Shown: piece after piece, positions 1 to 12,147 of the stretch | Position numbering within the stretch: position 1 is the first letter of the stretch | How the letters are laid out: each line of letters opens with the position of its first letter | Assembly: GCF_001194135.2 (NCBI RefSeq) | Contig: NC_069001.1 | Span: 26,165,435 to 26,212,825, forward strand | DNA: 47,391 nucleotides | From: Octopus bimaculoides | Taxonomy: Eukaryota | Direction of reading: 5' to 3' | Translations under genes and position numbers: made by a program | Notes under the pieces: generated by a model | What the model was told of the DNA's origin: nothing | What the model saw: only the letters and a program-made list of their open reading frames with translations | The model's database searches: none

Positions 1-221
1 ATATGTTTGTATATATATATGCATATATATATGTTTGTATATATATATGCATATATATATGTTTGTATATGTATATGTATATATATATGTTTGTATATGT
101 ATATGTATATATATATGCATATATATATGTCTGTATATATATATATGTATATATATATATATGTTTGTATATATATATATGTATATATATATGTTTGTAT
201 ATATGTATATATATATGTTTG

Positions 222-264
<43 letters not shown>

Positions 265-300
265 ATGTTTGTATATATTCATATACACCGATGCATATGT
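1..300. repeat. Compound (TA)n/(TG)n microsatellite with a recurring ATATGTTTGTATAT unit
   Basis: Read directly from the sequence. It accounts for the YIYI/VCVC ORFs in the track. Confidence 0.95.
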
Positions 301-589
301 GTAATTGTGCGTGCGTGGTGTGCTAGTGTAGTGTGCGTTTGTAAGCGTACCTGTGGCCTCACGTTTATCAAATTAATGAAGAGTACTGACAATTATTCAG
401 CTGATTTTCGAACTGATAGCAGTTTCTACTTGTCTGAGTTGTTTTTGTTGCTGTGATACTTGTTTTAATGGTACTAAAATAATTAAATTAATTATGTTAA
501 TTAATTTGAATTATGGACTTCGTCCAATTTCTAATTATTCATTCGCTCAGTTCATTTTGTTCTCGGTTTCTTTCGATAGTATCCAAGTA

Positions 590-815
590 TAAATTATCAT
601 CTTCATCGTCGTCGTTGTCATCGCCGACGTCGTTGTCTTCCTCCTCCTTCTCCTCCTCATCATCATCATAACCATCATCAATATTATTATAATCGGCACC
701 CCCATCGTCTTCATCATCATTGCCATTAAGATCGTCGTCATATAGAATATATCAGTACAGAATGCCAATAATAGTTCACATCATCATCATTATTATTATT
801 ATTATTATTTTTATT
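590..815. repeat. Degenerate trinucleotide repeat (ATC/GTC/CTC)n grading into (ATT)n
   Basis: Read directly from the sequence. Confidence 0.9.
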
Positions 816-1344
816 AATTTTGGAAATATTCAAAGTCAAAATAAAACTTTTTGGCGAATAATAGATGTAAATACGTTTTGAAGTATTTGGATAATCTCCA
901 TAAAATAAAATCTTTCAAAAAAAAAAATATATATATGAACGAACAATAGGAAAACCAAACGAAATGAATAAAACCAACGGAATATAAAAACAAAATAAAT
1001 AAAATAATATCGGTCTTGATAAAGATCTGACAATGTAATTATGTAGATGAGAAAAAAAATGTTCCTAACATTTTACACCCAAGAATATCGGACTCCTGTG
1101 TCCTTCGATAAAGTAATTTGTTTGACCTTTCTTACTATCATTCAACAAAGAGTTGCGCAATACTGAAGAAAAAGATGAAGAAATTTAGTTGCAGCCTCAA
1201 CCAATTAAAAACGCGTAAAATAAAGATGCCGCATACAGCATACTAAGAAATAACTCGTACGCTCATACATACATATATGCTTATAATCAGACATACGCAT
1301 ACACATAGAAATAATGACTAAGACAGATAAAAGTAATATCATCC

Positions 1345-1443
1345 ACACATATCCACATGTATATATATGTGTGCGTATGTGAATATGCGTTCATACGTAT
1401 GCGTACATAGACGTGTACATGTAGGTATATATGTATATCTATG

Positions 1444-1512
<69 letters not shown>
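1345..1512. repeat. (TA)n/(TG)n microsatellite running into an assembly gap
   Basis: Read directly from the sequence. Confidence 0.95.
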
Positions 1513-2072
1513 NNNNNNNNNNNNNNNNNNNNNNNNNNNNNNNNNNNNNNNNNNNNNNNNNNNNNNNNNNNNNNNNNNNNNNNNNNNNNNNNNNNNNNNN
1601 NNNNNNNNNNNNNNNNNNNNNNNNNNNNNNNNNNNNNNNNNNNNNNNNNNNNNNNNNNNNNNNNNNNNNNNNNNNNNNNNNNNNNNNNNNNNNNNNNNNN
1701 NNNNNNNNNNNNNNNNNNNNNNNNNNNNNNNNNNNNNNNNNNNNNNNNNNNNNNNNNNNNNNNNNNNNNNNNNNNNNNNNNNNNNNNNNNNNNNNNNNNN
1801 NNNNNNNNNNNNNNNNNNNNNNNNNNNNNNNNNNNNNNNNNNNNNNNNNNNNNNNNNNNNNNNGTGTGTGTACAAAGTAAAGACTAATACCAAATCCATT
1901 TTCTGGTTACTTAATCAATTATTATCTCAACGAACGCTGCGGAATTCCTGAAGTAAATCCAACTGCGGATGACACCAGGTAGCCCAAACCATGCCAGTGC
2001 TTTACTTAACACATTTACACCCTAATCGATATATACCCATTAGTCAAATATTTATAGAGAGCGATATAGATA

Positions 2073-2138
2073 GATACATACATACATACATACATACATA
2101 CATACATACATACATACATACATACATACTTTCATACA
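2073..2138. repeat. (TACA)n tetranucleotide microsatellite
   Basis: Read directly from the sequence. Confidence 0.95.
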
Positions 2139-2480
2139 TGGATAGATAAAGATATATGTTGAGTGTATTTATTTTTAAATGATACAATGAAACAATCTGT
2201 AATAGATGTAAAATAATACTCTGTGCTTTTATCCAACGTACAAATATTTCGATTTATTAACATATTTATCCTCGGCGCAACACAGCTTTCTTCTACACAG
2301 ATATATTGCTGTACATCTTGAAACATCTTGAGGTCGATAGTATTATATCCTATATTTTATTTCCTATGTTCTCTAGCTTTCCTTGTGCCATGTATTATTT
2401 TTGCTTGTAAAGTTTTCTTGGTAAACAGCTTATTTTTATATATATATCAAATTCATTTTATTTTATTTCATTTTATCTAG

Positions 2481-2518
2481 TTTCAGTTCATGAGCTGTGG
2501 CCATGCTGGGGCACCGCC
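2481..2518 (-). mobile_element. 3' tail fragment of SINE family C
   Basis: The reverse complement GGCGGTGCCCCAGCATGGCCACAGCTCATGAACTGAAA matches the tail of the complete copy at 26659-26696 (GGCGGTACTCCAGCATGGCCGCAGTCAAATGACTGAAA). Confidence 0.75.
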
Positions 2519-2660
2519 ATTTACTTACATTTTTTATAAAAGATAGTAGCATTCTGAACTAATGGCATTTTGTTTCAGCACGTGACCAAACCTGGGCAAA
2601 GTGACTTTAATGTCAGATGCTTATAAACCAGAATTGCACATGTTAACTGAGAAGCTTCTA

Positions 2661-2871
2661 CGAGGGGTGCTGAAAATTTCCTGTAAGGGTATAGCGAAAG
2701 GTCTAGTAGGAGGCCTAACTTTCTGAGTTCTTTTACAGGGCTTAGAAAAACTGAAGGACCGCTGCAATAAGTGTGTGAATCTCAGAGGGGAATTTGTTGA
2801 ATAACTTCAAAATTAACTGATCCTCCTCTATTTTCTTTTACCCAAAGCCAGGTACTTTCAGAAACGCCTCG
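2661..2871 (+). mobile_element. Miniature (internally deleted) mariner element, about 211 bp
   Basis: TA flanks at 2659-60 and 2872-73. Imperfect TIRs CGAGGGGTGCTGAAAA and (rc) CGAGGCGTTTCTGAAAG. The interior encodes LLQGLEKLKDRCNKCVNLRGEFVE*, resembling the mariner transposase C-terminus (GIxKLxxRWxKCVxxxGxYVE). Confidence 0.85.
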
Positions 2872-2949
2872 TATATTTTTACTTGATGTGCTATTCATAA
2901 ATCTACATTAAACGGGCTTCTATCAGGTCATCGAAACAAAGCCATTTCG

Positions 2950-3400
2950 CCAAACATGTACATCCACTACCGCCAACTTCAATTCGTGCACAGAATGCAT
3001 TTGTGCGTCCTCCCTTTTTGTAGATAAATATCAGAAGGAATCTCTGACGCTTGCCGTTAAATTGACGTGAATCCCAGATTGACTACACGTTTAGACGCTT
3101 GTTCTTCCTCGATGCAGTGATCTGATATTAGGAGACATTGTTCTCTGTTCTTATTGGTCACTTTTTGAAGGTCTCCATAAAGATTATCGTTTGTTATCAC
3201 CAGCTACCATTTCGCAGCCCGAAATATTCGTAGCATTCTTGTGTATCAGCTATTTAAAGTCTTCTTTTCTTGTTTCGTAAGTGTCCATGTTTTGTTGCCA
3301 TACAAAAACATTGATTCAGCTGTGTTAAGGAACATATTGTTTTTTGACCCCTTGACAGATTTGACTTTCCTATTGTTTCGAATGAGAAAGTTAACGCTGT
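2950..3400 (-). mobile_element. RTE-clade LINE remnant (region C-terminal to the RT core), with stops and frameshifts
   Basis: Minus strand reads IGKSNLSR / AESMFLYGNKTWTLTKQEKKTLNS*YTRMLR...ITNDNLYGDLQKVTNK. This matches the RTE motifs IWKSNLSR, VESVLLYGxETWTLT, CYTRMLR and TNxxLYGxLPKV. Confidence 0.8.
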
Positions 3401-4929
3401 CAACAAGAACAAACATTTGAAATATAAACAATAGGTAAATTTCAGTTGGTATATTTTTCCACTAATTCGTATGGTTCGTGATATTACACGTGTAAGAGGT
3501 GTATGCTTCTGACAAGTCATTCTATCTGCATTATATGCCATTGGTAATCTACCTGATAATTCAGGAAGAAAATGAAGACTGAAGAAAAAAGATGATGATG
3601 ATGATGATGAAACAAAAAAAAAAAAAAAAAAAAACCAACACTTTCAAAGAAGTGACAGTCCATTTCAAATCCCAATGATTTTGTTAGAGTGTGTGATACA
3701 ACGTCACTTATTACCAAAATATTATGAGCCTTGGGAAAATTGTAATTGAAGTAAACATGTTTCTGTATATTTTTTTTTTTTTTCCTTTTTTATTTTATTT
3801 CGTATCCATTAGGGATTGACAGGAGACGTGATACAGCAAGTAATATATCCGTTTTACAATTACCTCACAATATCCAATGAACAACTAACTCCAAAAAAAA
3901 AAAAAGAGGCTTTTCGGCAAATGGAATTCGAGATTCGTCTCCCAAGTACGTTTTCTATTATACGTTCCACCATATTTTTAAAAGCGTATTTACTTATTCA
4001 TTTTGGAGAAAATCGAACAGAGAAATATTAAAAATTCAAATATGTACACAAATATATTGATTTCGTCTGTAAGTGTAGGAGAACCATTCATTTGGAAAAT
4101 AGAAAATGTGTCTATGTCAGATACTATATAAAACTACTAGGTTTAACTAAGAAACATTGTTTTTTTTTTCTTTTCAAGGATGCCCTCTGCATGAACAATA
4201 CATATTATGACTATATGCAAATATACATAATATGTATTTTGACTATATTCTTATATGCATAAAATATATTTTCAGTATATGTTAATATACATAATGTAAT
4301 CACAAACCCCAACCAAAAAAGAAAATGATAATAAATAACCGATCAGTGATTCACAGTGAAAGAAACATTCGTTTATTGAGCAAATTAAAAGAAGGCCATC
4401 GACAAATTTTACTCTCTATATCAAGTATGTTAGCTACTCACTCCAATGTATCATTGAGAAATACGCATGTCCTCAGCTGAAGTTCAGTATTTGTTGGTGA
4501 TTTTCACTCAAGTCACGTTGTTGAATAGATGCTATTCACTGCATTTTAAGCAAACTGTGTAATATCAGATAACATGTGGATATTGTTGTTTAGCTCCAAG
4601 CCATCTCTGATTAAGCAGACAAGTAATAAATTATGTTCCAACCGTGACCATTCCGCTCCGCTGTATTATTATTACAAGCTGTAATGCTCAATGTATAGTT
4701 CGTAATATGAGTTAGGGATTAATTTGAGAATAATCTGACTATTATTTCTAGCATGTTTAACGACCACGTTGTGTCCGCCACACCTCCGCCATCTCTGTCT
4801 TCTTTCCGTTAGATAAATATTCAAGGTATGTTTATCCTACACAAAATTACTTTCTGTCATGATCGATATATTTTTACTAATTTCCCTATATCAATTGACT
4901 ACATAATGCTGATTTCATGGTCTAATAAT

Positions 4930-5275
4930 GTTAGAGGATGGTGAGCCGTGCCTATAATTGCTGCCTCTATGGTGAATAACGTTCAAGCTTGAACAATTGG
5001 AGAGGGTTGCTGATGGCAAGGATCGATCTTCAACATAATTCCAGATGGTAAAAGAGCTCCGGAGGAAGGATAACGGTGGATGAAGTCATTGTTGAGAAGG
5101 TGAAGCAGGGTAAGCGCAAGGAGAGAAGAGAAAGAGAATTGTAGTCCTGAAGATACGAACATACAGCTGCTAGCTCAGAAGAAGAGAAAGCTGTAATAGT
5201 TTTGGATCTAACTATTATGTGAAATAATAAATCTCTGAACGAGGTATAAACATTAGCAGCACGACAACGTGAAGT
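4930..5275 (-). mobile_element. Probable degenerate CR1/L2/Jockey-type LINE 3' remnant
   Basis: Minus-strand fragments FSSSELAAV and SFLRSSFTIWN resemble the CSSELxxL and SFxPRTxxLWN motifs of such ORF2 ends. The match is highly degenerate. Confidence 0.4.
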
Positions 5276-5522
5276 ATCTCCTCCAGCTGGCTATTGACAC
5301 ACTTTCTGTGCCGTGTCGGTATTTGCAAAGAGGTCGTGGTTCCCATCGTCGATCTGACGTAATATGCTTGGAAGATCGGTGATTGTCGTACGCTGACGAA
5401 GGGTAAATACCCAGGAACCCGGGTCCGTGCGTATCATGTCAGATCGACGATGGGAAGGATGCCTTACCGTTGCAAATACCGACAGGGCACAGAAAGTGTG
5501 TCAGTAGCCAGCTGGAGGAGAT
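5276..5522. mobile_element. Foldback element / MITE with about 92-bp terminal inverted repeats
   Basis: Left arm 5276-5367 (ATCTCCTCCAGCTGGCTATTGACACACTTTCTGTGCC...CCCATCGTCGATCTGAC) is the reverse complement of right arm 5429-5522, with few mismatches apart from a divergent patch of about 12 nt. The spacer is about 60 bp. Confidence 0.8.
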
Positions 5523-7019
5523 GTTCTCCTGGGGCTACAAACTACAGTAGCATTCGCCCTTAGGGTTTAGCCGCATTTAAGTGGCAAATATACTTCATAT
5601 TATGTGAAATATTTTTGATCAAAAGACTGCTAGATTAGTACAAAAGTGGAACAGGTTTACACAACAATAAAGACAGTCTACTATATGTGGAATAAAATAT
5701 GTTGTTGATTTTGTTGTTTTTATTCCCCGACATCGCTATTCGAAAACAGCAAGTGTAATAAAAGGCATTATCAACGTCACCGATTCAGTCCGTTTCCCTT
5801 TTAGAAAGAAATATCTATATGAACAGAACGCGATATTTCTAGAACAAGAATGGAAAACTTTTTCGATAAGCAGTTTGCATGAGACAAAGCTCATTATCAC
5901 GCGAACCGGATAAGAAAAAGAATTCAAGATAACTTTTCTCTGGCGTGCCATTCAGAAAGTCTCACGGGTTGCAGTTTGCCGTCGAGTGGTTTTGACCTTG
6001 AGTGTTCCTTGAGTGAGACTTCGTTTCTTTTTCTAGCGAGTAGACAAGTGGAGAGATAGTGTAGCAGCAACTCTCGTTAGCTAGTATATTTGTAGAGAAT
6101 AGCTATCTGTAGACATATAACGTCCTACTCTGACAACAAAAATAAATCCATTTATCTAAAAGTCTGTATTTCATTCCATCTCTCTGCTCTGAACAGAAGC
6201 AAATGCTTTGATCATGCATCAGAGCAACACACAAATAAGCAACATGTAACCACTCGAGTCTTGACAACTAAACACTGCATGACAAACTGTTGCCGTGTGA
6301 TCCCAAGCTAGTGTAAAGCAAAGCGTATACGAGAATATTTGATCTATGGTCTATTCCTATGCGTCGCATTGCCAACTTACAGGAGTGTAAGTTTGTACGA
6401 TTTGTGTTCATCTCAGCTACACAACAGCAATATCACCATCAATCATTGCCTTATCTATCTGCACTCCAGTTTTCGGGTTACAAACTTCATACTTTTATAT
6501 CTGCTCCCACTGATCTCGTATTCTTTCAAGAATACTAAATGCATTACCATTCCTTGCTTGCGAGAAAAGAAAAAAAATATACGGTGGTGATGGTGCTGGG
6601 GAGAGAAAGTTTCTCTTGCGTATAGATTATTGAGACGTTATATCCATCTAAAATTGCATGATTAACTGCGTTACTTCAGTAGGCTTTTCATGTCAAAATG
6701 TAGTTTAAAAAACGAAGGAAGGAACACATATATATATGAGAGTATATGTTTGTATATCTGTTTGTGCGTGGGTCTCTTAGTGTTACTGTTTGTGCATGCG
6801 TGTCCATATAAGCGTATATATGTGTGCCTACGTGCGTGTGTTCATACGTATGTGTCCATGCGTGTGTGAACTGTGTGGGCTGTATATATATAAGTATATA
6901 TTTATACGTAAATCAATAAAGTAAAACACAAAAAAATGCCTCCATAACACACAAAGGTATATCTCGTTAAAAGACAATCATACCGAAATTCGAATGACAA
7001 CCAATCAAAAATCAAAGCC

Positions 7020-7171
7020 GGTTTCATGTGTATATGTATGTATGTTAGTATGTATGCGTTTTATTTGTGGATACGTGTATGTAGGTACGAATGTGTGAAT
7101 ATGTGTGTGTGCATGTATGTAGATATGAATTTGTGTATGCATGACCATATGTATGTATATATGTATGTGTG

Positions 7172-7228
<57 letters not shown>

Positions 7229-7270
7229 ACATTTATGTATGTATATATGTATTTGTGTGTGTGTATATAT
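7020..7270. repeat. Compound (TA)n/(TG)n/(TATG)n microsatellite
   Basis: Read directly from the sequence. Confidence 0.95.
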
Positions 7271-8119
7271 NNNNNNNNNNNNNNNNNNNNNNNNNNNNNN
7301 NNNNNNNNNNNNNNNNNNNNNNNNNNNNNNNNNNNNNNNNNNNNNNNNNNNNNNNNNNNNNNNNNNNNNNNNNNNNNNNNNNNNNNNNNNNNNNNNNNNN
7401 NNNNNNNNNNNNNNNNNNNNNNNNNNNNNNNNNNNNNNNNNNNNNNTATATATATATATGATCATAAATCTGTATAAGCATATTGAAAGTTTCATAAGCA
7501 AATATATGTGAACAAAAGCACTCACTTTTGTTGAAGTAATTGCAGGCATATGTCTAACCATGTATTTTCATAATAGCCTGATTATGAGATAAAGCCCTTG
7601 TTTAGATTACTTACTCTCTCATTCCAGTCTTCCATCCTCAATTCATATATTTTGTCCTCGTATCTAATACATAGATAAGCTTTTCTCCCTACGATTTGTT
7701 TTCTTTCTGTATTTGTCCATTGTTTTTGCAGTTTTACATATCAATCCATGCGTACCTACGCATTTAGGTTATGTGTGTGTCTGTGTATGATTGCGTGCGT
7801 TCGTGTATGCCTGCCTCTGTATTTATTTACTTATATATCGACCAACTGGACAAGCTAATTTGAGATATATCAGGATACGAAGATAACTGGATAGATATTA
7901 AAGAATATGCGATTAGTCATTGAAATCTGTGCTGCTGCTGCAACAATGATCAGCGAAGCTGTAATAATTGTAGACGTCAAGAAAGAACAATCACCTCTCA
8001 AACAGCGGAGGGGAAAAAATAACAGGAACAGCAATTACACCAAGATATGGGAAGCAAGATAAAGCATACGAAGTGACGGATACACAGCAAAACATATTCA
8101 CTTCCGATGCACAGATCAG

Positions 8120-8164
8120 CCCATCTACCTAACTACTTATCTACCTACCTATCTATCTACCTAC

Positions 8165-8206
<42 letters not shown>

Positions 8207-8488
8207 GTCTATCTATCTATCTACCTCTCAGTCTGTCTGTCTATCTATCTATCTATCTACCTATATATATATATATATATATATATNNNNNNNNNNNNNN
8301 NNNNNNNNNNNNNNNNNNNNNNNNNNNNNNNNNNNNNNNNNNNNNNNNNNNNNNNNNNNNNNNNNNNNNNNNNNNNNNNNNNNNNNNNNNNNNNNNNNNN
8401 NNNNNNNNNNNNNNNNNNNNNNNATACATACATACACGCATATATAGATCTACATACATACAGAAAGGCAGACAAATAGCTAGCTAGC

Positions 8489-8550
<62 letters not shown>
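8120..8550. repeat. (TATC)n array (8120-8260), then (TA)n and a gap, then the opposite-orientation (GATA)n array (8478-8550)
   Basis: Read directly from the sequence. Confidence 0.95.
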
Positions 8551-8887
8551 TACGTATATATGTATAGAAAGATATATACACATGGATATATCGAAATATA
8601 TGTAGATATACAGATATAGATATATAGCTATAGAGAGATAGATTCATAGATGTGTAAGTAGATGTATGTGTGTGGCTGTGTATGTATATTTATATGAAGC
8701 ACGCGAGAGTCATTGAGATAAAAGAGATAGAACAAGGAACAGAGAATCAAACATGGAAATATATAGCAAATAAAATACATATAAACAAGAAGCAAACACA
8801 AAGGAAGGCAGACATAAAACGGAATACAAAGGATATAATTAAATGACATGTATAGAGGCATTTATTGATGGAGATATATATATACGA

Positions 8888-8926
<39 letters not shown>

Positions 8927-9507
8927 TGTGTATAGACACAAATAGACACGCATATATCTCCGTCAATAAGTGCCTGTATACGTATCATATATATATATAT
9001 ATATACATGCATATATTTATGCATACATATATATACGTATGTACTTATATANNNNNNNNNNNNNNNNNNNNNNNNNNNNNNNNNNNNNNNNNNNNNNNNN
9101 NNNNNNNNNNNNNNNNNNNNNNNNNNNNNNNNNNNNNNNNNNNNNNNNNNNNNNNNNNNNNNNNNNNNNNNNNNNNNNNNNNNNNNNNNNNNNNNNNNNN
9201 NNNNNNNNNNNNNNNNNNNNNNNNNNNNNNNNNNNNNNNNNNNNNNNNNNNNNNNNNNNNNNNNNNNNNNNNNNNNNNNNNNNNNNNNNNNNNNNNNNNN
9301 NNNNNNNNNNNNNNNNNNNNNNNNNNNNNNNNNNNNNNNNNNNNNNNNNNNNNNNNNNNNNNNNNNNNNNNNNNNNNNNNNNNNNNNNNNNNNNNNNNNN
9401 NNNNNNNNNNNNNNNNNNNNNTGTATATTATGTATACGTATATATGTATATTATGTATACGTATATATGTATATTATGTATACGTATATATGTATATATT
9501 ATGTATA

Positions 9508-9542
<35 letters not shown>

Positions 9543-9547
<5 letters not shown>

Positions 9548-10375
9548 GCCAGCCTCTTTGTAGCCTGTGTAGAGGAACAAATCTTGGCGCACTCCTCTGC
9601 ACCTTTTGACGACTGGATTGGCGCCACAATCCTCATCAGACAACAGATCAGCGATTTTATTTCTTTCGTAAACACCTTTCGTCCACCCTTTGAACTCACC
9701 CTCACCATATCAGATACGTCTGTTTGTTTTCTGGACATCTCCGTCAAAATATACAATACTCACCTACACATCTCCCTCCGCTATAAACGTACTGACTCCC
9801 ACTTCTACCTCCTCTGCTCTTTCACCTCCTCTGCTCTTCCTCTCACCCGAAACACGTTAAACCTGCCATAACTTCCTCTCAATTTCTTCGCCCAAACCGA
9901 CTTTGTAGCAGGGATTCTAATTTCAAATCCCATTGTGAAACGATGTTATAAATGAATCGTAAGCTCCAGTTGTCAACCCGGCATCCGACCGAACCTGAAC
10001 CATCAACTGCACTGCAGCATACCTACCATCTTCACGCACTTTCACCGACCGTATTCCACTCTCTCTCTCTTAACTACCATCCGTACATTTTCCTTCTGAA
10101 ACACAAACTCTCCCACAACATTCTCATTCTTCCTTCTGACACAACAACGGCCCCTATCTTTCCCACACCGCTTCTCTTGTCTTTTAAAACCGATAGGAGT
10201 CATTGCAATTTCCTTGTTAGTATCTTTACAGCTCTCAGCTCCGCACAATCAGGAACGTTTAAATGTTCTTGACGATGGTGTAACTCATGCCCATACATCA
10301 ACAATATTAACACCATTACGGAGCCCAAGAAACAGTATCACCGCAACACACCACTTCTGTTGCATTCGGCAAATG
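9543..10375 (+). mobile_element. Penelope-like retroelement fragment (RT C-half, linker and start of GIY-YIG), pseudogenised
   Basis: Frames read YASLFVACVEEQI..DDWIGAT..FISFVNTFRPPFELTLTISDTSVCFLDISV..YKRTDSHFYL, then SQFLRPNRLCSRDSNF, then TAPIFPTPLLLSFKTDR..GTFKCS*RWCNSCPYI. These match the Penelope motifs YANLFM, FLD, YKPTDxHxYL, SQxLRxRRICS and CxxxRCxxC. Confidence 0.9.
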
Positions 10376-10593
10376 AAAACTCTGCGATGCTTTTTACAAT
10401 TCATACGGTATAGAGGAATACATTTTAGTCGCATTAAATCTTCCATTTCTTACATAAATTCCGTACTATCTACATTTCACTTTGACAGTTCTCTAGTCAG
10501 CAGATATAATAACGGCATCGGGTTGTTCCTCCTGTACTTACAGTGTCTGGTATGCTTTCCGAGCACACTTCTCCGCTGATAATTAATTAACCT

Positions 10594-10826
10594 AAGGTGG
10601 CGAACTGGCAGAGACGTTGGCACGCCGAGTGAAATACTTAGCGGTATTTCGTCTGTCTTTACGTTCTGTGTTCAATTTCCTCCGAGGTCGACTTTGCCTT
10701 TCATCATTTCGTGGTCGATAAATTAAGTACCAATTACACACTAGGGTCGATGTAATTTACTTAATCCCTTTGTCTGTCCTTGTTTTTCCCCTCTATGTTT
10801 AGCCCCTTGTGGGCAATAAAGTAAAA
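10594..10826 (+). mobile_element. SINE family A, full length, tail type 1 (ends GCCCCTTGTGGGCAATAAAG)
   Basis: tRNA-like head with A-box-like TGGCAGA and B-box-like GTTCAATTTCC. Homologous to more than 12 other copies in the window. Confidence 0.9.
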
Positions 10827-11042
10827 AGAATCGTTAGCACGCCGGGCGAAATGCTTACCGGTATTTCGTCTGCCACTGCGTTCTGAGTTCAAATTCCGCC
10901 GAGGTCGACTTTGCCTTTCATCCTTTCGGGGTCGATAAATTAAGTACCAGTTACGCACTGGGGTCGATATAATCGACTTAATCCGTTTGTCTGTTCTTGT
11001 TTATCTCCTCTGTGTGTAGCCCCTTGTGGGCAGTAAAGAAAT
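10827..11042 (+). mobile_element. SINE family A, slightly 5'-truncated, tail type 1
   Basis: Very close match to the copies at 25679 and 38429. Confidence 0.9.
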
Positions 11043-11212
11043 AGGTATTTCGTCTGTCTTCACGGTCTGAGTTCAATTTTCGCCGAGGTCGACTTTGCCT
11101 TTCATCCGTTCGTAGTCGATAAATTAAATACCAGTTGCGTACTGGGGTAGATTTAATTGATTGGCCTCCTTCCCCAAAATTTTCGGGCCTTATGCCTAGA
11201 GTAGAAAGGGAT
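11043..11212 (+). mobile_element. SINE family A, 5'-truncated, tail type 2 (CCCCAAAATTTTCGGGCCTTATGCCTAGAGTAGAAAG)
   Basis: Homologous to the copy at 31750-31933. Confidence 0.85.
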
Positions 11213-12079
11213 AATTATCTAACCTATTTAACGAGCGCTATTCATATTCATGTTGCAAATTTATGACCATCTCTGAGAATTTGTTTCGGGAAACTCATAT
11301 TACTAACTATTATCCGATTTACTCGACAACATGCTTGTAACACGCGATGTGTAAGTCGTGCACGTTCTGTGGCCCATAAGAGGCACATCTTATGGAATTG
11401 CTTCTTACTTATCTTCATATGAGCCATGACAACTTCCCGACAGGAAATGCTTCTTTTCTTTCTTTCTTGCTGCTAAATCATATATGTCTTTGCTCGCTTT
11501 TCTTGTGGAGCCTATGCGCGCGCGTAGGTGTGTATGTATGTGCGTGAGTGTGAGGCTGTATATCGGTTTGTGAGTGCGTGTGCTTGGTATATATGTGCTT
11601 GAATGTGTGTGTCTTTGTGCTGCTACAGGTCACTTTCGCTTGCAAAAAGCGATCGATCATAGTTTGCAACTCTCACATACATGCACACATAGACAGATGT
11701 ATATTTGCATGTCTTTTTGCTATCAAAACGCATACAGTGGTTCTCTTTCCATTCTATTTACTGTTCTATGTCAGCTAGTTACCCAATTAACCAGTTAACT
11801 AATTGACTGCTTGACTAATCTTTTGATCGATCATTCAGTTTCTCCACTCTGCCTATTTCTTGAATATTTATGACCTCATCAATAATATGTACTCGCTGGT
11901 AATATTTGTTAGGAAAAAAATTCGAATTCCTCGTGACATCTGAGTAATAATAGAAAAAATAATAATAATGAGAAGAAGAAAGAAGAAGACCTGAAATAAT
12001 ACAAACGCGTGTTCTTCATTGGTGGAATGAACCTCCCACCATATAATTTTTTTTCGAAACAAAGATTAGACATCTAGAC

Positions 12080-12105
12080 CTCTCAAAATAAAATAGACAG
12101 AACTC

Positions 12106-12147
<42 letters not shown>

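Noticed and set aside
547-768. Poly-Met/Arg/Thr ORF, and similar ORFs at 21034, 23300-23795 and 24286
   Set aside because: Trinucleotide microsatellite artefacts.
3812-4031. Acceptor after poly-T and ORF MTGDVIQQV..
   Set aside because: The pyrimidine tract is a simple T-run, the donor is weak, and the peptide includes a poly-A-derived KKKK with no recognisable domain.
6185-6226. Hairpin as a possible pre-miRNA or snoRNA
   Set aside because: The outer stem is only 8 bp, too short for a pre-miRNA, and there is no complete C/D or H/ACA box arrangement.
10761-10958. ORF MRNWYLIYRPRKDERQSRPRRNLNSER.. and the similar ORF at 18398-18625
   Set aside because: Antisense translations of SINE A, not genes.
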